From Solirubrobacteraceae bacterium (GTDB taxonomy: Bacteria > Actinomycetota > Thermoleophilia > Solirubrobacterales > Solirubrobacteraceae), in contig DATAUX010000224.1 of assembly GCA_036268015.1 (NCBI GenBank), forward strand, positions 1 to 43,114: a stretch of DNA of 43,114 bases, written 5' to 3'. The notes beneath the pieces are model-generated. The model saw only the letters and a list, made by a program, of their open reading frames with translations, was not told the origin of the DNA and searched no databases. The translations under genes and the position numbers were made by a program. Shown here piece after piece: positions 19,159-26,582 of the stretch (position 1 is the stretch's first letter; every line of letters starts with the position of its first letter).

Positions 19159-20109
19159 TCAGTCGTCGCTCAGCCACCGCTTGTCGATCTTGACGATGTA
19201 CGTGTACTTCGGGTTGACGATCTGCGTCGCCCGGGCCTCGGCGACCTGACCCAGGAGCATCAGGGCGCCCTCGACGGTGAACCCGTGGTCGGCCGCCATC
19301 CACTCGACGAGGTCCCGCACGGCCAGGCGGAAGGCGTCCTCGAGCGGACGGGCGCACGCGATCACGCCGATCTGCGACTCGGTCTCGATCCGCGGCCAGC
19401 GCATCTCCGGCGGACGGGGTGCGAGGTCGAGGCGAACCGTCGTGTCCGTCCGGCATTCGATGCCGCCCAGGCCGCAGAGCTCGCCGTCGCCCTGGCGGGC
19501 GTGGCAGTCGCCGAGCGCGAACAGGGCCCCGTCGACCGCGATCGGCAGGTAGACCCGGCAGCCCGGGCCGATCTCCTGGACGTCGAGGTTCCCCCCGTGA
19601 CGGCCGTTGTCGACCGTGCTGACCGCCTCGACGAGCGGCGCGCAGCCGATCACGCCGACCATCGGCCTGATCGGGATCGGACGGCCGCCCGGCCACTCGA
19701 TCAGGCCGTCGGCGATCCGCACGACGTTCGCATGGACGCCGAACTCACGCTCCCTGATCCAGTCGGTGAACGGCGACAGGCCGGGTACGAGACCGGTCAG
19801 TCCCGGGCTGTGGACGTCGATCGCCTCGATCTCGCAGACCACCACGTGGTCGGCGGTCGCTCCCCGGATCTCGATCGGCCCGGTCGCCGGGTTCAACCAC
19901 GGCGGCCTGACCATCTCGACGGAGAACGCGTCGCCGTCGTCGTGGAGCACGTCGCCGATGTTGAGCTCCGTCTCGATCCGGACCCGGGTCCCCGGATCGA
20001 CGCTGAGCACCGGCGGATGATCCGGCCCGAGCGTGTACAGCAGGCCGTCGGATCGCTTCAGCTCGACGGCGCCGGCCGCCGGCACCGCCGGCCCGGGTCG
20101 ACTGGTCAC
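19159..20109 (-). CDS. acetamidase/formamidase-family amidohydrolase (copy 1)
   Basis: GTG at 20109 overlaps the permease stop (GTGA). Family motifs: NPATGPIEIRGA, DNGRHGGNLD, FALGDCHARQGDGELCG. Confidence 0.85.
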   Translation of the reverse strand: MTSRPGPAVPAAGAVELKRSDGLLYTLGPDHPPVLSVDPGTRVRIETELNIGDVLHDDGDAFSVEMVRPPWLNPATGPIEIRGATADHVVVCEIEAIDVHSPGLTGLVPGLSPFTDWIREREFGVHANVVRIADGLIEWPGGRPIPIRPMVGVIGCAPLVEAVSTVDNGRHGGNLDVQEIGPGCRVYLPIAVDGALFALGDCHARQGDGELCGLGGIECRTDTTVRLDLAPRPPEMRWPRIETESQIGVIACARPLEDAFRLAVRDLVEWMAADHGFTVEGALMLLGQVAEARATQIVNPKYTYIVKIDKRWLSDD

Positions 20110-21587
20110 GCCGGGTCGCTCGCGAGCGCCGCGACCGGCGCCGGCTCGGTCGCCAGCGCCCCGGCCGGCGTCTCCTCGCCGAGGTCGCGGAACGCGTAGT
20201 CGAGATCGATCGGCTGGTGCCGGGCGTCCCGCGCGAGGAGGTAGATCCCGCCGAGCAGGGTCCAGCCGACGATCACGTACGGCGACCACTTCAGCGGGGC
20301 TCCCGGGTTCGGGTAGAAGGCCGTGTAGACCGCCGGGATCAGGATCGCGATCCCGACGGCCGGGATCACGAGGTTCCGCAGGTAGCCCTTCTCCGGCTCG
20401 ACCTTGTGGAAGTAGACCATCGCCGCGAGCAGGATCAGGATGAACGCGACGGCCCCGGCCAGCCCGTTCGTGAAGCCGAGGAACCCGAATGCCTTCGTCG
20501 TGTTCCAGGCCCCGCCCATGACCAGCGTGACGATCACCGACACGGCGATCTGGACCGAGATCGCGAAGTACGGCGTCTGCCGGGTCCCGGTCCGGCCGAA
20601 CGCGCTCGGCAGGGCCTTCGCCCGGCCCATCCCGTACTGGATCCGGACGACCGCGTTGTGGCTGGCGATCGTGTTCCCGAGGACCGACGTCATGATCACC
20701 AGGGACAGCGCGTCCCGCCATCCCGAGCCGAGCCCGACCCGCCGGAACGCGGCCCACCACGGCGTCCCGTCGGCCGCGTTGGCGCTCGTCAGCGCGGCGA
20801 TCCCGTGGACGCCGAAGGCCGAGACCATCGCGAAGCAGGCGAACAGCAGGAGCAGCCCGATGCTGATCAGGGCGACGAAGATCGCCCGGGGGACGTTGCC
20901 GTGTGGGTCGCGGACCTCCTCGCCGAGCGTGAACGACTGCTCGAAGCCGAGGAAGATCAGCACGCCGCTGGCGACCGCCAACGACAGGCCGGTGAACCCG
21001 CCGGCCGCGTGGGTCGGCGTCAGCGACCCGAGCGACAGGTGGCTGACCTTCGAGACGAGCGCGATGCTCGCGATCAGCAGGACCAGGTTCGCGAGGATCG
21101 CCAGGCCCAGGTCGATCCGCGTCGAGATCCTGATCCCGACGAGCGACAGCGTCAGGGCGATGCCGGCCGCCAGCATCGAGTAGATCCACCACGGCAGGTC
21201 GATCCCGAAGACGTAGTCGAGTCCCGAGTGCGCATACAGGCCGAAGGCCAGCAGCAGCTGCGGTACGAAGAGCACGTAGTACATGAACGACAGCCACGCC
21301 GACAGGAAGCCGGCCCGCTCACCGAGTCCGTGACTGACGTACGAGTAGATCGAGGCCGCGCTCGGCAGCTGGCGCGCGAAGCGCGTGATCGTCAGGGCGA
21401 CGATGCACATCGCAAAGCCGCAGACCAGGACGATGAACGGGGCCGAGAAGCCGGCGCTGATCGCGATCAGCGGGGCCACCGACAGGGCACCCAGGAGCGG
21501 GCCCATCGCCTCGACCGACAGCGCGAGCGACTCCCAGAACCCGATCGAGCGCTTTCGCAGGCCGGTCTTCGCCTCTGAGGCACCCAT
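20106..21587 (-). CDS. APC-superfamily amino-acid/amide permease (about 12 TM)
   Basis: ORF 20106..21587, hydrophobic throughout. The N-terminal LRKRSIGFWESLALSVEAMGP resembles the APC signature region. SD-like AGAGGAA lies upstream. Confidence 0.9.
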   Translation of the reverse strand: MGASEAKTGLRKRSIGFWESLALSVEAMGPLLGALSVAPLIAISAGFSAPFIVLVCGFAMCIVALTITRFARQLPSAASIYSYVSHGLGERAGFLSAWLSFMYYVLFVPQLLLAFGLYAHSGLDYVFGIDLPWWIYSMLAAGIALTLSLVGIRISTRIDLGLAILANLVLLIASIALVSKVSHLSLGSLTPTHAAGGFTGLSLAVASGVLIFLGFEQSFTLGEEVRDPHGNVPRAIFVALISIGLLLLFACFAMVSAFGVHGIAALTSANAADGTPWWAAFRRVGLGSGWRDALSLVIMTSVLGNTIASHNAVVRIQYGMGRAKALPSAFGRTGTRQTPYFAISVQIAVSVIVTLVMGGAWNTTKAFGFLGFTNGLAGAVAFILILLAAMVYFHKVEPEKGYLRNLVIPAVGIAILIPAVYTAFYPNPGAPLKWSPYVIVGWTLLGGIYLLARDARHQPIDLDYAFRDLGEETPAGALATEPAPVAALASDPA

Positions 21588-21647
21588 CCGTACATTCCTC
21601 TCTCTGTGGTGGTGGCGGCCCGGCGCGAGCCGGCCCCGCCGAGTCGG

Positions 21648-22577
21648 TCAGCCCGAAGCCGGTTCCGCCTCCGGAAGTCCGTCGTAGAACGCCCGGTCGA
21701 TGCAGACCCGCGCCGTACGCAGCCCGTTGACGACCTGGCAGACCTCGAGATCCGCCTTCACGGTCACAAGCAGGTAGGCCAGGTCCTCGCCGATTCCCTT
21801 CTCCTCGACCAGCGCGTCGACGATGTCTCGCGTGGCCAGCGCGCCGGCCTCCTCGAGCGTCGTCGCCGACCCGATGAACATCAGCCGCTCGGCCGTCCTG
21901 ATCCGCGGCCGCCGGATCGGCCTCCCGTCGCGGCGGATCTCGCAGCGCAGCGTGACCACCGCGTCGGTCTCCGGCGCCACCCCGCACAGCTCGCCGTCGC
22001 CCTGGAGCTGATGGCAGTCGCCGAGGAAGAGCAGCCCGCCCGGATGGAAGACCGGGAACTCGACGACCGAGCCCGCGCAGACGAAGCGGGTGTCCATGTT
22101 TCCGCCGTGGTCCCCCGGCAGGACGCTCGGCACGGCCGCTCCGGCCGGTGCCACGCCGAGACAGCCGAGGTTCGGCCTGAGCGCCAGGCGCAGGCCGCCC
22201 GGAAAGACGATCTCGCCGTCGGTGACCGGGTGGAACTCGAGCGGGAGCCGCGGCCAGTCGAGGATCCCGATGCCCGGGATCACCCCCTGCGCGCCGAGTC
22301 CCTCGACCCGGATCTCGTCGATGTGGACCTCGAGCACGTCGCCCGGCTTCGCACCCCGCACGGCGATCGGCCCGGTCAGCGGGTCACATCGCTCGATCGC
22401 CAGGCCGCTGAGGTCGTCGCCCGGAACGAGCCCGAACTCGCCGAACGCGCTCGTCGTCTCGACGATCACGGTCTCGCCCGCCGAGACGGTCAGCGCCGGC
22501 GGGTGCTCGGCCGAGTAGCTGAAGACCTTCGCGGTCCGCGGGACCCGGGTCAGCTCGGGAATCGTGACTCCGCCCAT
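21648..22577 (-). CDS. acetamidase/formamidase-family amidohydrolase (copy 2)
   Basis: ORF 21648..22628. ATG 22577 is preferred over TTG 22628 because GC3 drops upstream. Motifs: DPLTGPIAVRGA, GDHGGNMD, FLGDCHQLQGDGELCG. Confidence 0.85.
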   Translation of the reverse strand: MGGVTIPELTRVPRTAKVFSYSAEHPPALTVSAGETVIVETTSAFGEFGLVPGDDLSGLAIERCDPLTGPIAVRGAKPGDVLEVHIDEIRVEGLGAQGVIPGIGILDWPRLPLEFHPVTDGEIVFPGGLRLALRPNLGCLGVAPAGAAVPSVLPGDHGGNMDTRFVCAGSVVEFPVFHPGGLLFLGDCHQLQGDGELCGVAPETDAVVTLRCEIRRDGRPIRRPRIRTAERLMFIGSATTLEEAGALATRDIVDALVEEKGIGEDLAYLLVTVKADLEVCQVVNGLRTARVCIDRAFYDGLPEAEPASG

Positions 22578-22652
22578 GCCCGGCAGGCTAGACCCGTCCG
22601 CCCGTCCTCGACATGGCCCGTCGTCCAAGATCGCGGCCCTTCGTTTCTACAC

Positions 22653-22663
22653 TTGGTATTACC
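22653..22663. promoter_or_regulatory. TTGGTATTACC box (GntR/FCD-type TGGT-N3-ACC half-palindrome), internal to the operon
   Basis: The 11-mer is identical to 24798-24808. It sits 1 nt after the amidase stop and upstream of formamidase copy 2, in a locally AT-richer spacer. Confidence 0.4.
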
Positions 22664-22664
22664 G

Positions 22665-23999
22665 TCAGACACGATTCCGGGTCATCGGGGCAAGCCGTTC
22701 GAGCATCCACTCGGCCGTCGCGAGCGTCCGGGCGTCCTGGAACGGAGCTCCGACGACCTGGATGCCCACCGGCAGCCGGCTCGGCGTCCAGGCCAGCGGG
22801 ACCGACACGCACGGCGCGCCGATCAGCGTCCACGCCCGGCAGAACTGCGGGTCGCCGGTGAAGTCGAGCCCGAGCGGCGGGGTCCCGGTCGAGCTCGGCG
22901 TGAGCACGCCGTCATAGCCGGCGAGCAGCGCCGCGATCGCCGGGCCGAGCTCGGTGGCCGTCCGCTTCGCGTCGGCGTACGCCGACGCAGGGATCGCCGC
23001 GCCGGCCTGGAGCGCCGTGCGCAGGGCGTCGCTCAGGAGATCGCCGCTGGATTCGAGCTCGCGAGCCAGGCTCGCCGCCGACTCGACGTCCTGGATCACG
23101 ATCTGCGCGGCCACGAGCTGCTCGAACGCGCGCGGGAGGTCGAGGTCCTCGAGGCTGGCGCCCGCATCCCAGGCCGCGAGGGCGACGTCCTCGAGCGCGG
23201 CCCGGGCCGCCGGTGCGACGTCCGTCCAGGCCGCCGTCCTCGCGAACGCGAGGCGCGGCCGGCGGTCGAGCTCGTGGCCGAGACAGACCGGCTCGGCGCC
23301 CGGCGGGCTCGCCAGAACCCCGGCGCTCAGGCGGATGTCGCGGATGCTCCGGCCGATCAGGCCGACCGTGTCGAGCGAGCGCGCGAGCAGCTTGACCCCG
23401 TCCCGAGGCAGCAGCCCGAACGTCGGCTTGTAGCCGACCACGCCGCAGTAGGACGCCGGCCGGTTGATCGACCCGGCCGTCTGCGTCCCGGTCGCGAGCG
23501 GGACCGTTCCCGCCGCGACGGCCGCCGCCGACCCGCTCGACGATCCGCCCGGCGTGCGCGACCGGTCGAGTGGGTTGAGCGTGTCGGCCGCCGACATCCA
23601 CGCGAACTCCGAGCACTTCGTCTTCCCGGCGATCATCGCCCCGGCGGCCGCCAGCCGGCGGACCGCCTCCGCGTCCCAATACGGCCGGTGCCCCTCGTAG
23701 ATCGGCGATCCGTAGGTCGTCGGCAGGTCCGCCGTGTCGAAGTTGTCCTTCACGCCGACCGGCAGCCCGAACAGCGGCAGCCGCGCGCGGGCGGCTCTGC
23801 CGAGCCGGTCGAGCTGCCCGGCCCGGTCCAGGAGGGCGTCTGCGTCGATCGCCGACCAGGCGCCCAGCTCATCGCCGTCGGACGCCGTCAGGAAGGCCTC
23901 GGCCACCTCCAGGCAACTCAGCTCGCCGCCTCGCAGGGCGCAGGCCACGGCGACCGCGTCGCGGCCGCCGAGCAGCGATCCGTCGCCGGTCGCTCTCAC
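22665..23999 (-). CDS. amidase (amidase-signature family)
   Basis: GTG at 23999 overlaps the upstream stop (GTGA). AS motifs: GLPVGVKDNF, GGSSSGSAAAVAAG, GTQTAGSINRPASYCGVVGYKPT. Confidence 0.9.
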   Translation of the reverse strand: MRATGDGSLLGGRDAVAVACALRGGELSCLEVAEAFLTASDGDELGAWSAIDADALLDRAGQLDRLGRAARARLPLFGLPVGVKDNFDTADLPTTYGSPIYEGHRPYWDAEAVRRLAAAGAMIAGKTKCSEFAWMSAADTLNPLDRSRTPGGSSSGSAAAVAAGTVPLATGTQTAGSINRPASYCGVVGYKPTFGLLPRDGVKLLARSLDTVGLIGRSIRDIRLSAGVLASPPGAEPVCLGHELDRRPRLAFARTAAWTDVAPAARAALEDVALAAWDAGASLEDLDLPRAFEQLVAAQIVIQDVESAASLARELESSGDLLSDALRTALQAGAAIPASAYADAKRTATELGPAIAALLAGYDGVLTPSSTGTPPLGLDFTGDPQFCRAWTLIGAPCVSVPLAWTPSRLPVGIQVVGAPFQDARTLATAEWMLERLAPMTRNRV

Positions 24000-24766
24000 G
24001 GCGTGGCCGACAAGGCGATCGGATCGCCGGCGAGGAGGCTGCCCCAGCCGGCGATCCTGGGGTCGATCGCGACCATCCGCAGCGCCTTCCACAGGGTCAC
24101 GGCGATCGAGTCGAAGACCGGCTTGCCGAGCTCCCGCTCGAGCTCGTCGACGATCGGGGCTCCGGCGACTCCCGTGCAGATCAGCAGGACGCACTCGGCA
24201 TCCGGCGCGTCGGCAGCCCGCACCAGACCGCGGACCGCCTCATCGGAGACGAGCGCCATCTCCCGATTGTCGATCACGCCGCCGTGGGCGCTCGCGACGA
24301 CCTGCACTCCCTCGCCGGCGTAGACGTCGGCGATCCGGGCGGCCACGTCCGCCGTGTAGGGCACGGCCAGCCCGCACCGCTCGAGACCCAGCTCGGCGAT
24401 CACCTCCAGCTGCGCGAGCGTCGAAGTCGAGCTCGGAACGCCCGTCTCCGCGGAGATCAGCTCGCAGAGCTCCTGGTCGGCCCGGGCTCCGCTCCACGCG
24501 CCGGACGTCCCGTTCCAGACGATCGCGTCGACCGCCGCGTCGCTCAGCAGCGCGGCCGCCGGGAGCATCGCGGCCGGCCCGAACTGCTCGGTATGCCGCG
24601 CCTCGAGGCTGATCGCCTCGACCTTGACCCGCGTGAAGTGATGCGAGACCCGATCGTCGAGCTCCCTGCTGATCAGCGACGTCAGCGGCTCGAGGACGGT
24701 GTTGCTCGACGGGGTGATGTGGCCGATCTTCCGTCGGTCGACCGACGGCACGTATCCGCGGTTCAA
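23996..24766 (-). CDS. Asp/Glu/hydantoin-racemase-superfamily enzyme, arylmalonate decarboxylase/maleate isomerase-like (single-Cys type)
   Basis: The longest ORF is 23996..24814 (GTG). GC3 collapses in codons 1-16, and GAGGA lies 4 nt before TTG 24766, so TTG 24766 is preferred (GTG 24751 is also possible). Motifs IGHITPSSNTVLEP, WNGTSGAW, LLICTGVAG. Confidence 0.75.
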   Translation of the reverse strand: MNRGYVPSVDRRKIGHITPSSNTVLEPLTSLISRELDDRVSHHFTRVKVEAISLEARHTEQFGPAAMLPAAALLSDAAVDAIVWNGTSGAWSGARADQELCELISAETGVPSSTSTLAQLEVIAELGLERCGLAVPYTADVAARIADVYAGEGVQVVASAHGGVIDNREMALVSDEAVRGLVRAADAPDAECVLLICTGVAGAPIVDELERELGKPVFDSIAVTLWKALRMVAIDPRIAGWGSLLAGDPIALSATP

Positions 24767-24797
24767 AACATCCTCATGCTCGGATCGCTCCGGCCGG

Positions 24798-24809
24798 TTG
24801 GTATTACCA
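24798..24809. promoter_or_regulatory. TTGGTATTACCA palindromic box (TGGTA-T-TACCA), candidate operator of the adjacent GntR/FCD regulator
   Basis: An 11-bp palindrome lies 32-43 nt upstream of the preferred start of the first operon gene. The TGGT-N3-ACCA core matches FadR-subfamily operators such as the E. coli PdhR box. Confidence 0.45.
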
Positions 24810-24848
24810 CCCACCGCAGAAGGTACGCGGCCGGGCGGCCCGCGTCAA

Positions 24849-24907
24849 GTGAGCTCACGCGATCGGGCATGTGTCACCCCGCGCCGCGATCGCATGTGTC
24901 ACCCCGC
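24849..24907. promoter_or_regulatory. promoter-region repeats: 10-bp palindrome GTGAGCTCAC plus 2 x 16-bp direct repeat GCATGTGTCACCCCGC
   Basis: The palindrome is at 24849-24858. The direct repeats are at 24867-24882 and 24892-24907 (25-bp period), each containing the 7-bp palindrome GTGTCAC. A related CTGTCAC lies at 24915-24921. Confidence 0.35.
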
Positions 24908-25041
24908 TCGGGCACTGTCACAAGGTTCGTCTGTTGGTGTCGTCGTGCCCCGCCGGCCCGCGACAGGGCGCTCGCCGCCTCCGCGACGGGTCGGGCCGGT
25001 CGGTCAGGTCCGTCGCCGCCGCGAGCGCCCCGCGACCGTGG

Positions 25042-25800
25042 TCAGGCGAGCCGCGCCCGGCCGGGATCGGAGCGCAGCACCGAGCGCATCCCGCGCTCGG
25101 ACTCGGCGAGGTGGTCGCGCATCGCCTGCCGGGCTCCGTCGGGATCGCCGGCGGCGATCCGGTCGATGATCCGCTCGTGCGCCTGCTGCACCTCGCGGAC
25201 GATCGCCGCGTCCGAGAGGGTGGGCAGCTGGACCGTCAGCAGAACCTCGCGGATCGAGTCGATCAGGATCTCGAAGAAGGCGTTGTCGGTGGCCGTCGCG
25301 ATCGCCCGGTGAAACTCCGTGTCGACGAGCGCGGCGTCCTGCGCCGGCAGCCCGACCCGGAGCCGGGCGGCCGCCGTGCGCAGGGCGTCGACCTGGTCGG
25401 CCGACGCGCGTCCGGCCGCGAGGCCGGCATTCTCGACCTCGACGAGCGCGCGCACCTCCATCAGCTTGCCGTAGTCGAGGCGCTGGCCCCGGAGGTACAG
25501 GGTCAGCGACTCGGTCACCGTCTCGCGTCCGAGCGCCTGGACGACGTGCCCGCGGCGGGGATTGTCGGCCAGGAGTCCCTTGGCCGTCAGCGACCGCACG
25601 GCTTCGCGGACGACCGGACGCGACACGCCGAAGAGCTCGCCGAGCTCGCGCTCCGATGGCAGCTTGTCCCCCGGCTCGAGGCGGCCCGAGACGATCGAGT
25701 CGGCGACGGCGCTGGCGACCTTGTCGGCCAGGCCGACGCCCCGTTCGAGCCGCTCGAAGCTGCTCAGCACGCCTGGCGCGATCGGTTCCTCCAATCCCAT
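25042..25800 (-). CDS. GntR-family transcriptional regulator, FadR subfamily (FCD C-terminal domain)
   Basis: Inside ORF 25042..26109; ATG at 25800 (alternative 25842). Winged-helix motif LPSERELGELFGVSRPVVREAVRSL. FCD motifs DTEFHRAIATATDN and AHERIIDRIAAGD. Confidence 0.9.
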   Translation of the reverse strand: MGLEEPIAPGVLSSFERLERGVGLADKVASAVADSIVSGRLEPGDKLPSERELGELFGVSRPVVREAVRSLTAKGLLADNPRRGHVVQALGRETVTESLTLYLRGQRLDYGKLMEVRALVEVENAGLAAGRASADQVDALRTAAARLRVGLPAQDAALVDTEFHRAIATATDNAFFEILIDSIREVLLTVQLPTLSDAAIVREVQQAHERIIDRIAAGDPDGARQAMRDHLAESERGMRSVLRSDPGRARLA

Positions 25801-25951
25801 CAACGGGAGGGTATCGGCGCGGTCGACGGAATGGTCGGGCATCGATGCCGCGAGGCTGGATATCGGCGGGGCCTCCCCGGCTGCACGCCCGCCGGCGCGG
25901 GCTCGGCCCGGGCGGGTTTGCGCCCGCGGCTGGCCGGGTAACTCACTGAAC

Positions 25952-26188
25952 ATGGAATACGGAACCTCGATACTCCTCATCGCAGTCGGCGCGATCCTCA
26001 AGTTCGCGGTCACGACCACCGTCTCCGGAATCTCGCTGCAGACGGTCGGCGTGATCCTGATGCTGGTCGGTGCGCTCGGGCTCCTCCTGTCGATCGTCTC
26101 GATCGCCACGTGGCGGCGTGATCGTCGTGATGTCGTCGTCGCCCCGGATCGCGTCGTCGTCCCGGATCGCGACCGCCCGCTCTACTGA
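25952..26188 (+). CDS. DUF6458-like small membrane protein (2 TM)
   Basis: ATG at 25952 inside ORF 25562..26188. MEYGTSILLIAVGAILKFAV...VGVILMLVGALGLLLSIV resembles the actinobacterial DUF6458 family as I remember it. Confidence 0.7.
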   Translation: MEYGTSILLIAVGAILKFAVTTTVSGISLQTVGVILMLVGALGLLLSIVSIATWRRDRRDVVVAPDRVVVPDRDRPLY

Positions 26189-26240
26189 GCAGGGGGTCGC
26201 GTCACAGGATGTGGCGTCAGGGAGCCAGATCCGGGCCGCC

Positions 26241-26342
26241 CGACGCGGGGTCCGGTCGACCAGGGCCGACGCGGGGTCCGGTCGACCAGGGCCGACGCGG
26301 GTCCGGACGACCAGGGCCGACGCGGGTCCGGACGACCGGGGC
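26241..26342. repeat. tandem repeat, 4 units of 26/26/25/25 bp (CGACGCGGGGTCCGGTCGACCAGGGC and variant)
   Basis: Units 26241-26266 and 26267-26292 are identical. Units 26293-26317 and 26318-26342 are a 25-bp variant. A partial fifth copy runs into an imperfect hairpin at 26344-26369. Confidence 0.9.
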
Positions 26343-26413
26343 CGACCAGGGTCGGTCTCGCCCTGGGTCTGATCGCAAGCGGGGGGCGAGCAGGCGGTCT
26401 GCGCGAGAACCCG

Positions 26414-26502
26414 AGTACTGGACCGTCCAGTACTGGCTGAGTACTGATCAGTACTCGCCCAGTACTCCTCGGTACCGGCCCGGTACTGGACCGTCCAGTA
26501 CC
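26414..26502. repeat. array of eight GTAC-centred sites forming three perfect palindromes, phased at 10-11 bp
   Basis: GTAC starts at 26415, 26430, 26441, 26451, 26462, 26472, 26483 and 26498. Palindromes: 26414-26434 AGTACTGGACcGTCCAGTACT, 26439-26456 GAGTACTGATCAGTACTC, 26482-26502 GGTACTGGACcGTCCAGTACC. Confidence 0.9.
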
Positions 26503-26582
26503 CGACGCGATCCGGAGAATTGGCATCGTGTCTCGGCTGCTCGACACTGGGGCTGCGAATCTCTCGAGGAGCGGGCCCCGGA

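Noticed and set aside
24767-24814. GTG 24814 as the start of the racemase-fold gene (longest ORF)
   Set aside because: The first 16 codons have about 56% GC3 versus more than 90% downstream, and they contain the TTGGTATTACCA box. TTG 24766 with GAGGA upstream fits better. This remains uncertain.
26241-26342. Possible CRISPR array
   Set aside because: The units are directly abutting with no spacers, there are only four copies, and no cas genes are present in the window.
26414-26502. Match of the GTAC palindromes to known actinobacterial boxes (BldD box, GlnR gTnAc-n6-GaAAc, LexA/Cheo box, dif, parS, CsoR/RicR)
   Set aside because: None of the consensus sequences, as I remember them, fits the half-sites or spacing. 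GlnR a-sites resemble GTACT, but the GAAAC b-sites are absent. I left it unassigned rather than forcing a name.
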